A DNA stretch of 53,646 nt from Parcubacteria bacterium C7867-004 (GTDB lineage Bacteria; Patescibacteriota; Minisyncoccia; Phycocordibacterales; Phycocordibacteraceae): assembly GCA_001189075.1 (NCBI GenBank), contig LFCN01000004.1:1-53646 (forward strand), given 5' to 3'. The translations under genes were made by a program, and so were the position numbers. This document shows, piece by piece, positions 17,243 through 26,218 of this stretch. The notes beneath the pieces are model-generated. The model ran no database searches. It was not told the origin of the DNA and was given only the letters and a program-made list of their open reading frames with translations. Every line of letters begins with the position of its first letter. Position 1 is the stretch's first letter.

Positions 17243-18264
17243 GACTCCTCGTCGTAACGCAGGTAGTGGATTCTAAGGACTCCGTTCTTGGCGCCTACCA
17301 TGCGTGGCTCCGCGAGCTTGCGAAGCATTTCGAACACATTGAGGTAGTGTGTCTGTTCGAAGGGGAGCATGCGCTTCCCGAGAACGTGCAGGTACACTCG
17401 CTTGGCAAAGAGAAGGCGGTATCTCCTTCATACGTATACGCGTTTCGCTTCATGCGCTTCGCGTGGTCGCTCCGGAATCAGTATGACTCGGTGCTCGTAC
17501 ATATGAATCAGGAATACATCCTCCTTGCGGGGGTGCTCTGGAAGTTTCTCGGGAAGCCGATATATCTCTGGCGCAATCACTTTGCGGGATCCTGGCTCAC
17601 CGATGTTGCTGCCGCTTTCTGTACGAAGGTCTACTGCACTTCGAAGCATTCCTATACCGCCAAGTACCGGAAGACCGAACTCATGCCGGTAGGCGTTAAT
17701 CTTGAGCGGTTTACGCAGACAGCATCGGTACGGAGAGAGCCAAAGTCCATTCTCTTTCTTGCGCGCATTGCGCCGTCGAAGCGCCCCGACGTATTGATCG
17801 AGGCACTCGGCATCCTTCTCGCAAAAGGGGTGAGCTTCGTCGCCTCGGTATACGGGTCCGCGCTCCCTGCCGATGCTGCGTACCTCGAGAACCTCAAGTC
17901 CAGAGTCGAGATTCTCGGTCTCCATGACCGCGTGAGGTTCTATCCGAGCGTACCGAACGAAAAGACGCCCGAGGTATTCCAGGCGCACGAGCTATTCGTG
18001 AACTGCTCGCCGAGCGGCATGTTCGATAAGACGCTGTTCGAAGCGGCGGCTTCTGGGTGCCTCGTGCTTGCCGCAAGTGAGGACTGGCGTGATCACGCAG
18101 GGGAGGCGGCCTGGTTCGATGGAACGAGCGAAGGGCTTGCCGACCGGCTTTCAGAGGTCCTTACGACAAGCGAGGCGTTTGAAGCGGCTGAGGCTGAGTC
18201 GCACAGCCTCGCGTCTCTGGGCTCGGCACTCGCCGCATCGATTGGGGCCTCGGGGCAGTTATAG
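17239..18264 (+). CDS. Glycosyltransferase (GT4/GT1-like fold)
   Basis: Start moved to ATG 17239 (MRLLVVTQVV...), which overlaps the upstream stop as ATGA. The C-terminal half has ILFLARIAPSKRPDVLIEA and MFDKTLFEAAASGCLVLA. Confidence 0.75.
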   Translation: MRLLVVTQVVDSKDSVLGAYHAWLRELAKHFEHIEVVCLFEGEHALPENVQVHSLGKEKAVSPSYVYAFRFMRFAWSLRNQYDSVLVHMNQEYILLAGVLWKFLGKPIYLWRNHFAGSWLTDVAAAFCTKVYCTSKHSYTAKYRKTELMPVGVNLERFTQTASVRREPKSILFLARIAPSKRPDVLIEALGILLAKGVSFVASVYGSALPADAAYLENLKSRVEILGLHDRVRFYPSVPNEKTPEVFQAHELFVNCSPSGMFDKTLFEAAASGCLVLAASEDWRDHAGEAAWFDGTSEGLADRLSEVLTTSEAFEAAEAESHSLASLGSALAASIGASGQL

Positions 18265-18269
18265 AGCCT

Positions 18270-20348
18270 ATGGTACCCTCATCCGACATGACCTCACCAA
18301 AAATCGTCATAACCGGCGGGCTCGGTTTTATCTTCTCCTATGTCACCGAACACTTCGTAAAAAAGGGGTGGCAGGTGGTCGTCATCGACAATCTATCGGC
18401 CGGTTCAAATCCCGAGATAATCGACGGCTCCTTTGTGCATCACAACGTCCACACCAGCAATCCGGACATGGTCGATCTTATCGTGAAGGAGAATCCCGAC
18501 TATCTCATCCATGCGGCCGCCATAACCGACGTCGACTACTCGACACTCGAGCCGTACCGCACGATGACGAAGAATACGATCGGCATGCTCAATGCGTTCG
18601 AAGCGGCGCGCCGTCTCCCGAACCTGCAGAAGTTCATGTATGTCGCAACCGACGAGGTGTACGGGGAGTGCGAGCATCCGATGACGGAAGAGGACCTCAT
18701 CCAGCCGAAGAACCCGTACTCTGCCTCCAAAGCGGTCGGCTCGCTGGTACGCATTGCGTACGAGAACACGTTCCCAGAACTCAAAGGAAAGACGGTAGAG
18801 ACCCGCATGTGCAATATCTTCGGTGGGCGTCAGGACACACGCAAGATCATGCCGCAGATAAAGAAGAGCCTTGAAGAAGGGTATTCGATCCCGCTGCATC
18901 ATGACGGGGTGGGATATCGCGAGTATATGTACGTGAAGAATATTCCGTCGGCAGTAGAGCTCGCGCTGCGAGAGGGCACCGGCGTCTACAACATCTCGCT
19001 CGGAGATGGGCTTACGGTGCGTGAGCTCATCAAGCGGGCAGAACAGCTTACGGGGAAGAAGGTAACGACGCATGAGGCAGATCGTCCGGGTATGGACCGC
19101 AAGTACCAGGCGGATTCGACTCGCTTCAAGGAACTCGGCTGGAAGCCGCTCTATACTTTTGATGAGGGACTCAAGGAATACCTAACCGAGAACGAGCATG
19201 CCCACGAGAAGCGCTCTATCGTCATTGGGACCAACGACATGCTGATGGGCGGCGTGCAACGCCTCGTTATCGATCAGCTAAATGCGATCAATCAGAGCGT
19301 ATTTGATGTGCACCTCATCGTGCTCATGGAGTTCTCCGGGAAGGCGACCTTTGATGACCTTATCCCCGACGGCGTGCACGTGCACCGCATGCGCTTCAAC
19401 GGGTTCAAGGATATTTCCGCATGGCAGAAACTCTTCCGCACTCTGAAGCGCATTAATCCGAGCGTCGTTAAAACGGCAACCTTTTTCAGCAATACCGTAT
19501 TCCTCGCACTCAAGCCCTTCTTCAAGTACGAGGTTATCGCAGCCGAGCATAATACGGTGCGCATGAAGCCGTACAGCCAGCGTCTCGTTGATCAGCTCCT
19601 TCTTCCGCGCGCGTTCACAATAGCGGCAGACTCCAAGGCGGTGGCAGATTTCGTCGAAGAGACGGAACATATCGATCGAAAGCATTTCACGGTGCTCTAT
19701 AACGGTGTTGATCTCGACGCAATTGCGAGCGCCGAGCAGGAGTATGCCCCGAGGCGCACTTCGTTGCGAGCAGAGTACGGCATACCCGAAGACGCGTTCG
19801 TTATCCTGAGCGTTGGGAGGCTCGTGCATCAGAAGAACCCGCAATTGATGCTCGAGGGATTCGCGAAGTTCAGCGAACTTGAAGCAAACGCCTACCTAGT
19901 TGTAGCGGGGGATGGGAAGGAGCGGAAGGATCTCGAACGAATAGCAACCGAGAAGGGGATCCTCGATCGTGTCCGGTTCCTGGGCGAACACCGGGGCGTA
20001 CATGCGCTCTATGCGATGTCGGATGTATTCCTCCTCACGTCGAGGCACGAGGGCTTCTGTATTGCCGCCATGGAAGGGCTCGCATTCGGTCTGCCGCTCA
20101 TATCGACGCGGGTGGCCGGTGTCACCGAATACCTCGAAGAAGGAGTGAACGGTCTGTTCATTGAAGCTAGTCCAGATGACGTTGCTCGAGCACTCGAACA
20201 GATCCGGAAGCTTCCCGCATCCGAGCGCGAACGTTATGCGCTCGCAGGAAAGGAGACTGCGAGCGGGTACAGCATCAAGCGGTACTCTGAAGAGTTCATG
20301 GTGCTTGTGAAGCGTATCGTCGGCGGTATGGATTATGAGAACGAATAG
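18270..20348 (+). CDS. Fusion protein: dTDP-glucose-4,6-dehydratase-like SDR (N) plus GT4 glycosyltransferase (C)
   Basis: N-terminal half: IVITGGLGFIFSYV, YSASKAVG (YxxxK). C-terminal half: FVILSVGRLVHQKNP and SRHEGFCIAAMEGLAFGLPLISTRVAGVTEY. Confidence 0.8.
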   Translation: MVPSSDMTSPKIVITGGLGFIFSYVTEHFVKKGWQVVVIDNLSAGSNPEIIDGSFVHHNVHTSNPDMVDLIVKENPDYLIHAAAITDVDYSTLEPYRTMTKNTIGMLNAFEAARRLPNLQKFMYVATDEVYGECEHPMTEEDLIQPKNPYSASKAVGSLVRIAYENTFPELKGKTVETRMCNIFGGRQDTRKIMPQIKKSLEEGYSIPLHHDGVGYREYMYVKNIPSAVELALREGTGVYNISLGDGLTVRELIKRAEQLTGKKVTTHEADRPGMDRKYQADSTRFKELGWKPLYTFDEGLKEYLTENEHAHEKRSIVIGTNDMLMGGVQRLVIDQLNAINQSVFDVHLIVLMEFSGKATFDDLIPDGVHVHRMRFNGFKDISAWQKLFRTLKRINPSVVKTATFFSNTVFLALKPFFKYEVIAAEHNTVRMKPYSQRLVDQLLLPRAFTIAADSKAVADFVEETEHIDRKHFTVLYNGVDLDAIASAEQEYAPRRTSLRAEYGIPEDAFVILSVGRLVHQKNPQLMLEGFAKFSELEANAYLVVAGDGKERKDLERIATEKGILDRVRFLGEHRGVHALYAMSDVFLLTSRHEGFCIAAMEGLAFGLPLISTRVAGVTEYLEEGVNGLFIEASPDDVARALEQIRKLPASERERYALAGKETASGYSIKRYSEEFMVLVKRIVGGMDYENE

Positions 20349-21132
20349 CCGTCCAGTGCAGGATTTCGTCTGGTCCGTGCTTCATACGCTGGCGCGTATC
20401 GTTCCTCATCAACCGAGAATGACGGTACTCATGTATCACGCCATAACGGAGGCGGACGGATTCTTCGCAGTGTCTCCGAACGACTTTGATGCACAGATGA
20501 AGTATGTCCGTGCACATGCCGAGCCGGTTACGCTCGCGCAAGCCTTCGAGCATGCGCAGGGGAACCGGGTGAAGCGGGACAGCGTCGCGGTTACCTTTGA
20601 CGACGGATATCTTGATTTCAGTACGCACGCACTCGAGGTGCTCAAACGAGAAGGCATACCCGCTACCGTGTTCGTGCTCGGCGATGCTCCCGATCGGAAG
20701 GAGCTCGGCAATGACCTGGTGCTCATGAACGCTGATCAGGTACGATCGCTTTCTAAAGAACCGCTCGTCGCTATCGAGAGTCACGCGCTCTCGCATCGGA
20801 AACTGAAGCATCTTACTCCCGCAGAGCTCATGCATGAGCTTACGGAGTCTCGTCGACTCATTGAAGAGCGGACCGGTACGAAGCCAGTCTACATCGCGTA
20901 CCCGAAGGGAAGTTATAACGGACCAGTTATCGAGGCCGTGAAGAAGGCGGGATACGAAGGCGCCTGTTCGGTTATCGAACGTGGGGTGCGGCCTGGTGAT
21001 GAGGTGTTTGCGCTCCCACGTGTGCAAGTGGATCGTTCAACGACGCTTGCGCTATTCGCGGCGAAGCTGTCGCTTGCGGCTGATTGGTACTATGCGCTTT
21101 GGTTGTTCGCGAAGCGTCTACGAGGGAAATAA
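20335..21132 (+). CDS. Polysaccharide deacetylase (NodB homology domain)
   Basis: VLMYHAI, VAVTFDDGYLDF, IPATVFVLG, IESHALSH. Confidence 0.8.
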   Translation: MRTNSRPVQDFVWSVLHTLARIVPHQPRMTVLMYHAITEADGFFAVSPNDFDAQMKYVRAHAEPVTLAQAFEHAQGNRVKRDSVAVTFDDGYLDFSTHALEVLKREGIPATVFVLGDAPDRKELGNDLVLMNADQVRSLSKEPLVAIESHALSHRKLKHLTPAELMHELTESRRLIEERTGTKPVYIAYPKGSYNGPVIEAVKKAGYEGACSVIERGVRPGDEVFALPRVQVDRSTTLALFAAKLSLAADWYYALWLFAKRLRGK

Positions 21133-21146
21133 GCTACTATAGCCGT

Positions 21147-21797
21147 ATGTTTTTCACGCTTTGGAAGCTTGTTGCGCAGGGGAAGACGCCGCTCCGGGCG
21201 CTTATGAACCTTGCCCTCAGGGACCATACCCTTTCCCCGGGTATCACGGTTGATCTGGGAGGCGGGAATAATCCGAGCTATCTCGGGTACCTGAAGGGCG
21301 TCGAAGCTACGACATTCGTGAACCTCGATACGCAGTTTGGTGAGGGAGCAAACGCCGCCATCGATTTCGAGAAGGACGCGCTTCCGTATGAGGACGGGTC
21401 GGTCGATCAGGTGCTCATGCTCAACATCCTCGAGCATATCTACAATCACCGGTTCTTCGTCGGGGAATCCTTCCGCATCCTCAAGCCAGGGAAGACCGTT
21501 ATCGGATTCGTCCCGTTCCTCATCAACTATCATGCGGATCCGCATGATTACTTCCGCTATACGCATGAGGCTCTGGAGCGCATCTTCACCGATGCCGGCT
21601 TCAAGAGTGTCGACATCCGCACGCTTGGTGGCGGCCCGTTTCTCCTTAATTTCAATACCATAGCCTGCTTCGTGCCTCGACAGATCACAATGCTCTTGTG
21701 GCCCTTCTATTACGCCCTCGATGTTCTCGTACTACGCTTACGACCGGCGCTCCGCAAGCGGTTCCCGCTCGGGTACATATTCGTGCTCACCAAATAG
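21147..21797 (+). CDS. Class I SAM-dependent methyltransferase
   Basis: VDLGGGNNP (motif I-like) and PYEDGSVDQVLMLNILEHI...ILKPGKTVIGFVP. Start moved to ATG 21147, after the upstream stop. Confidence 0.75.
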   Translation: MFFTLWKLVAQGKTPLRALMNLALRDHTLSPGITVDLGGGNNPSYLGYLKGVEATTFVNLDTQFGEGANAAIDFEKDALPYEDGSVDQVLMLNILEHIYNHRFFVGESFRILKPGKTVIGFVPFLINYHADPHDYFRYTHEALERIFTDAGFKSVDIRTLGGGPFLLNFNTIACFVPRQITMLLWPFYYALDVLVLRLRPALRKRFPLGYIFVLTK

Positions 21798-21800
21798 TCT

Positions 21801-22640
21801 ATGGAGAAGATCCCGTGTTCGGTAGCGATGCTCACGTTCAATTCAGAGAAGACGCTCAGGCGCGCGCTCGAGAGCGTAAAGGACTTTGATGACATCGTAC
21901 TGTGCGATGGCGGCTCGACCGACGGGACGCACGCGATCGCACAAGAGTACGGTGCGCGCATCGTTCCGCAGGATGCGAAGTACTTGTATCCGGAGGGTGG
22001 ACTCGCCGATGGGGGAGGGGCACGCAATCAGATGATGCAGGCGACGAAGTACGATTGGTACCTTTGGATTGATTCCGATGAGAGTGTGTCGCCGGAACTA
22101 CGTGCTGATGTTGCGCGCATAGCGAGTACTCCCCTCAAGGAGGGTGACCCGCTCGCGTACCGCATCCCGATACGTATCCTCATCGACGATCGTCTCATCA
22201 AGTACTCGTCGAACTATCCGGGCTACCAGTTCCGTTTCTTCAACAAGACAAGCGGAGGGCATCTTGCGCGCCGGGCGCATAATCGCATCGAGTTCAATCC
22301 CGGCACGGTTATCGGTACGCTCGCCACTTCCTGGTACGTGTACGTGGACAGTCGCGACATCCATATCCTCGGCGGTCCCTGGAAACACTACCGCAGGGTT
22401 GAGATCGAGGAAGCCTGTAAGCGCACGTTCCCTGACTTCATGCGCTACATTGTCTGGTTCCATTTCCGTGCGTCCGCCGGCATGTTCCTACGGGCCCTGC
22501 GGAACTACCTGCTCCACGGATTCCGAGACACGATGCCCATTGAGGCTGAGCTTGCCCGTATCCTTTCGCCCCTCGTACTCATCGTTAACTCGAGCATATG
22601 CAAGGTGGGAAGGATATTTAGTCCGAAACGCGCCTTGTAA
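21801..22640 (+). CDS. Glycosyltransferase family 2
   Basis: SVAMLTFNSEKTLRRALESV, VLCDGGSTDGT, and WIDSDE (DxD-like). Confidence 0.8.
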   Translation: MEKIPCSVAMLTFNSEKTLRRALESVKDFDDIVLCDGGSTDGTHAIAQEYGARIVPQDAKYLYPEGGLADGGGARNQMMQATKYDWYLWIDSDESVSPELRADVARIASTPLKEGDPLAYRIPIRILIDDRLIKYSSNYPGYQFRFFNKTSGGHLARRAHNRIEFNPGTVIGTLATSWYVYVDSRDIHILGGPWKHYRRVEIEEACKRTFPDFMRYIVWFHFRASAGMFLRALRNYLLHGFRDTMPIEAELARILSPLVLIVNSSICKVGRIFSPKRAL

Positions 22641-22673
22641 CCTCATACCCAGCTTGCTACGTTATCTACATAT

Positions 22674-23735
22674 ATGGACCAACTCGACCCCCACGCTCGC
22701 TACGCTTCTGAGATAGAAGGAAAGACCATACTCATAACTGGTGGTACGGGCTCGTTCGGTACGGCCGTAACCGAGGCGCTCCTCAAGTACCAGCCCAAAA
22801 AGGTCATCGTGTTCAGTCGGGATGAGCAGAAGCAGTTCGATATGGGGAACCGCTTCGATGATCCCCGTCTCGCATTCGTGATCGGCGACGTACGCGACCG
22901 CCAGACGGTCGACTACGCTATGGAAGGCGTCGATTACGTATTCCATGCAGCCGCTCTAAAGCAGGTGGTGACCGGAGAATTCTTCCCGCACGAGCTCGTG
23001 AAGACGAATGTGCTCGGGAGCCATAACGTGATTCACAGCGCTATTGATCACAATGTTGCGCGCGTCGTCGTACTCTCAAGCGACAAAGCGAGCAATCCAA
23101 TTTGCGTGATGGGTATGACTAAGGCACTCATGGAGCGCACGATGATCGCTGCCGCCGCGAGTCGCGGAAAAGGAAAGACGGTGGTCTGCGCGACGCGCTA
23201 CGGGAATGTCCTCTATACACGGGGCTCCGTCGTTCCGCACCTCATTGGTCGAATCAAGCAAGGAAAATCACTCACCGTGACGGATCCAGCGATGACCCGT
23301 TTCTTCATGACCCTTACCGAGTCGCTCGATCTCGTACTGTTCGCACTTACGAGCGGCAAGCCGGGAGAGATCTATGTACGCAAAGCACCGGTTACCACTA
23401 TTGAGAACCTGGTTGCGGCAATTAGCGAGATATTCGAATATGACCAACCGATCGAGGAGATTGGTGTACGGCCCGGTGAAAAGGTGGAAGAGTATCTTAT
23501 CTCGCGCGAAGAGCGTCTGCGCGCCATCGATCACGGTGACTACTACAGCATCACCCCCGAGATACTCGGAGAAGAGTTCCCGGCATACTACTTCAAGGGA
23601 GAGGTCGAGACCCAGATCCCGCCGGAAGGATACAATTCGGCAAACGCAAAGCAGCTCACCAAGGATGAGGTGAAGGAGATGTTGCTCGCCCTGCCGGAAT
23701 TCGCAATCGAGCTCGCTGCCTATCGGAAGCAATGA
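22674..23735 (+). CDS. CapE/FnlA/WbjB-type UDP-N-acetylglucosamine 4,6-dehydratase/5-epimerase
   Basis: ILITGGTGSFGTAV, VFSRDEQKQ, DYVFHAAALKQV, GEFFP, KTNVLG, and MGMTK (MxxxK in place of YxxxK), all as I recall in S. aureus CapE. RYGNVLYTRGSV is also present. Confidence 0.82.
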   Translation: MDQLDPHARYASEIEGKTILITGGTGSFGTAVTEALLKYQPKKVIVFSRDEQKQFDMGNRFDDPRLAFVIGDVRDRQTVDYAMEGVDYVFHAAALKQVVTGEFFPHELVKTNVLGSHNVIHSAIDHNVARVVVLSSDKASNPICVMGMTKALMERTMIAAAASRGKGKTVVCATRYGNVLYTRGSVVPHLIGRIKQGKSLTVTDPAMTRFFMTLTESLDLVLFALTSGKPGEIYVRKAPVTTIENLVAAISEIFEYDQPIEEIGVRPGEKVEEYLISREERLRAIDHGDYYSITPEILGEEFPAYYFKGEVETQIPPEGYNSANAKQLTKDEVKEMLLALPEFAIELAAYRKQ

Positions 23736-24850
23736 ATCTCTGGTACATAGCCAACGTTCGTCTCCCGACGACACGTGCTCACGGCATACAGATACTGAAG
23801 ACCTGTGAGGCGTTCGCGCGCGCAGGAGTTGAGGTCACGCTCGTCGTTCCAGATAAGCGCAATCACACGGGAGAGACCAGTGATCCTTTCGCGTATTATG
23901 GCGTTCAGCCGGATTTCCGTATCATCCGCGTGCCGTCGCTCGACCTGCTCGGAACGAGCACCTCGTTCGGCGGTCTGTTCTTTATCCTTGATTTCGTTTC
24001 ATTTCTTATCTCGCTTACATTACGATGCCGGGTACCCGCTGACGCGATCATATATACTCGTGATCCCGTGCTGTTCCTGCCGTTCCTGGGTGCCAAGCGA
24101 CGTGCGGCGGAGATCCATGGTATCGCGAACAATGCGCTCTTCTTCCCGCTCCTGAAGACGGCAACCGATGTCTTCGCACTGACGAGTCTTCTCAAAGAGG
24201 ATCTCGCAGTGAACGGCATCCAGATAGAACGTATCTCCGTCGCGCCCGACGGTATCGACCTCGAGGAGTTTGCACACCCTGCGCCCGCAGAGAATGTACG
24301 AACGCGTCTCGGTATCGATGAAGACGCGAAGGTCGCGCTCTACATCGGACGTCTTGACGGTTGGAAGGGAGTCGATACGCTCCTCGCCGCCGCCCGGCTT
24401 TTGCCGGACTCGATACGGGTAGTGATAATCGGAGGACAGGAAGAAGAGGTCGCGCGGCTACAAAGTGAGAATCCGCGCGTTCTGTTTCTCGGCGGAAGGC
24501 CGTATCGTGAACTCGCTGATAATCAGCAAGCAGCGGATGTGCTCATCCTCCCGAACACCGCCAAGGAATCGGTCTCAGCGAGGCACACTTCTCCACTCAA
24601 ACTCTTCTCGTACATGACGTCAGGAAAACCAATCGTTGCGTCAGATCTTCCGTCACTGCGGGAAGTACTGTCGGACGTGGATGCGTACTTCGTCGCTCCC
24701 GACAATGCGCAGGCGCTGGCAAGCGGCATCGAAGAGGCGCTCAGCAATCCTGAAGAAGCGGGTGAACGTGCGGCATCCGCGCAGGCGAAGGTGCGAGCGT
24801 ACGCCTGGAGTCATCGAGCGAATACGATACTGGAGCGGCTCCGGTCCTAG
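23732..24850 (+). CDS. Glycosyltransferase family 4
   Basis: TRAHGIQILKTCEAFARAGVEVTLV at the N-terminus. C-terminal HTSPLKLFSYMTSGKPIVASDLPSLREV. Confidence 0.8.
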   Translation: MNLWYIANVRLPTTRAHGIQILKTCEAFARAGVEVTLVVPDKRNHTGETSDPFAYYGVQPDFRIIRVPSLDLLGTSTSFGGLFFILDFVSFLISLTLRCRVPADAIIYTRDPVLFLPFLGAKRRAAEIHGIANNALFFPLLKTATDVFALTSLLKEDLAVNGIQIERISVAPDGIDLEEFAHPAPAENVRTRLGIDEDAKVALYIGRLDGWKGVDTLLAAARLLPDSIRVVIIGGQEEEVARLQSENPRVLFLGGRPYRELADNQQAADVLILPNTAKESVSARHTSPLKLFSYMTSGKPIVASDLPSLREVLSDVDAYFVAPDNAQALASGIEEALSNPEEAGERAASAQAKVRAYAWSHRANTILERLRS

Positions 24851-24866
24851 TGGTATCCTTTGGCGC

Positions 24867-25562
24867 ATGAAGAACCTGTTTTATGTGGCGCTCGCGTCGA
24901 CAAAGACCATCGCGAAACTTGTGCTTAATCGCGGCGTCCTGCGTTCCTATGGCCACCAGGGAGAGGACGCGGTCCTCCAGGGAATGCTCAAGTGGGTGAA
25001 GAAGGGAACGTATGTAGATGTCGGTGCATATCATCCGGTGCTCTACTCCAACACCTATGCGTTCTATCAGAAAGGATGGCGTGGCATCGTCATCGACCCG
25101 AACATCGACATGAGGCCGCTCTATACCCTGATGCGACCTGCTGATCGATTCATTCATGCAGCGGTAGGGGAACGGGCAGAGGAACGTCCGTACTACATGT
25201 TCGATGACGGCGCCTATAACAGCTTCGACGAAGGACGTGCGCGCAGTTGGAAGGCGACTCGGGGTCTTGAGATACGCGAGACGCGCATGGTGGCATTCAA
25301 GCCACTCTCTCAGATACTTTCCGAGCAGGGTATCAAGAGCATCGATTTCCTTAACATCGACGTTGAAGGATTCGACTTCGAAGTGCTGAAGACGCATGAC
25401 TGGTCCATTCCTACTCGCGTCATCGCCATCGAAGACGAGACCTTCAATCCTGACCAGCCTCGGGAGAATGCGATCTACGCGTATCTCCATGAGAAGGGAT
25501 ACATTCTTGCCGGCCTCGCAGGTCTCACGCTTCTGTTCGAGAAGCCGAAAACAACCGCATGA
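24867..25562 (+). CDS. FkbM-family methyltransferase
   Basis: YVDVGAYHPVLYSNTYAFYQKGWRGIVIDPN and DFLNIDVEGFDFEVL. Start moved to ATG 24867, after the upstream stop. Confidence 0.78.
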   Translation: MKNLFYVALASTKTIAKLVLNRGVLRSYGHQGEDAVLQGMLKWVKKGTYVDVGAYHPVLYSNTYAFYQKGWRGIVIDPNIDMRPLYTLMRPADRFIHAAVGERAEERPYYMFDDGAYNSFDEGRARSWKATRGLEIRETRMVAFKPLSQILSEQGIKSIDFLNIDVEGFDFEVLKTHDWSIPTRVIAIEDETFNPDQPRENAIYAYLHEKGYILAGLAGLTLLFEKPKTTA

Positions 25563-26218
25563 GATCGAGAGACGAGATGATGGTGGCAGAGGTAGCGAAG
25601 CGTCCGCACGCGCGCATTCTCGATATCGGGTACGCGCAGTATCCGATTCCGGAGCTTATGGACCTGGGTGGGGAAGTATATGGCGTGGACCTGGTCGAAT
25701 GGCCGAGCCCGTACACCAAGACGTTCATCTGTGACCTTAATACCGATACACTCCCGTTCGAAGACGGAAGCATCGATGCGGTGACCATGGGCTGCACGCT
25801 CGCGCACCTCGCAAAGCCCCTCAAGCTCCTCGCGGACATACACCGCGTGCTCGCTCCCGGTGGTGTCCTGGTTCTTACGTCGCCGAATCCCCATTACTAC
25901 TGGGAGAACGTGTTGAATATTTTTTACAATCGTTTCAAGAAGCGCGTCTCGAAATCGAAGCACATAGAGCATTTCTTTGAGTTCACGCGCTATACGATGC
26001 GCACGAGCCTCGAGCGGACCGGGTTCACGCTCGTGAAGGAGCTTGGTTCGACGTTCCACCTGGTTAAGTTCGGTTGGAAGTTCGATGTCGAGAAGTATCC
26101 TGCGCTCGCGTTCGAGATTATCTATGTTGCCGAGAAAACAGGAGAACCTGACCCGTATACCATCATTGAGGACGCGAATGGCGATGCCATCAAGCTCACG
26201 ACCGATCTATTCAGCTGA
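25559..26218 (+). CDS. Class I SAM-dependent methyltransferase (type 11-like)
   Basis: ARILDIGYAQ and PFEDGSIDAVTMGCTLAHL...VLAPGGVLVLTSPN. Confidence 0.75.
   Translation: MRSRDEMMVAEVAKRPHARILDIGYAQYPIPELMDLGGEVYGVDLVEWPSPYTKTFICDLNTDTLPFEDGSIDAVTMGCTLAHLAKPLKLLADIHRVLAPGGVLVLTSPNPHYYWENVLNIFYNRFKKRVSKSKHIEHFFEFTRYTMRTSLERTGFTLVKELGSTFHLVKFGWKFDVEKYPALAFEIIYVAEKTGEPDPYTIIEDANGDAIKLTTDLFS

Noticed and set aside
18068-18874. 268-aa Arg-rich plus-strand ORF spanning the junction of two genes.
   Set aside because: It is out of frame with the glycosyltransferase (to 18264) and the SDR-GT4 fusion (from 18270), both of which have strong motifs. Its composition is typical of an off-frame read.
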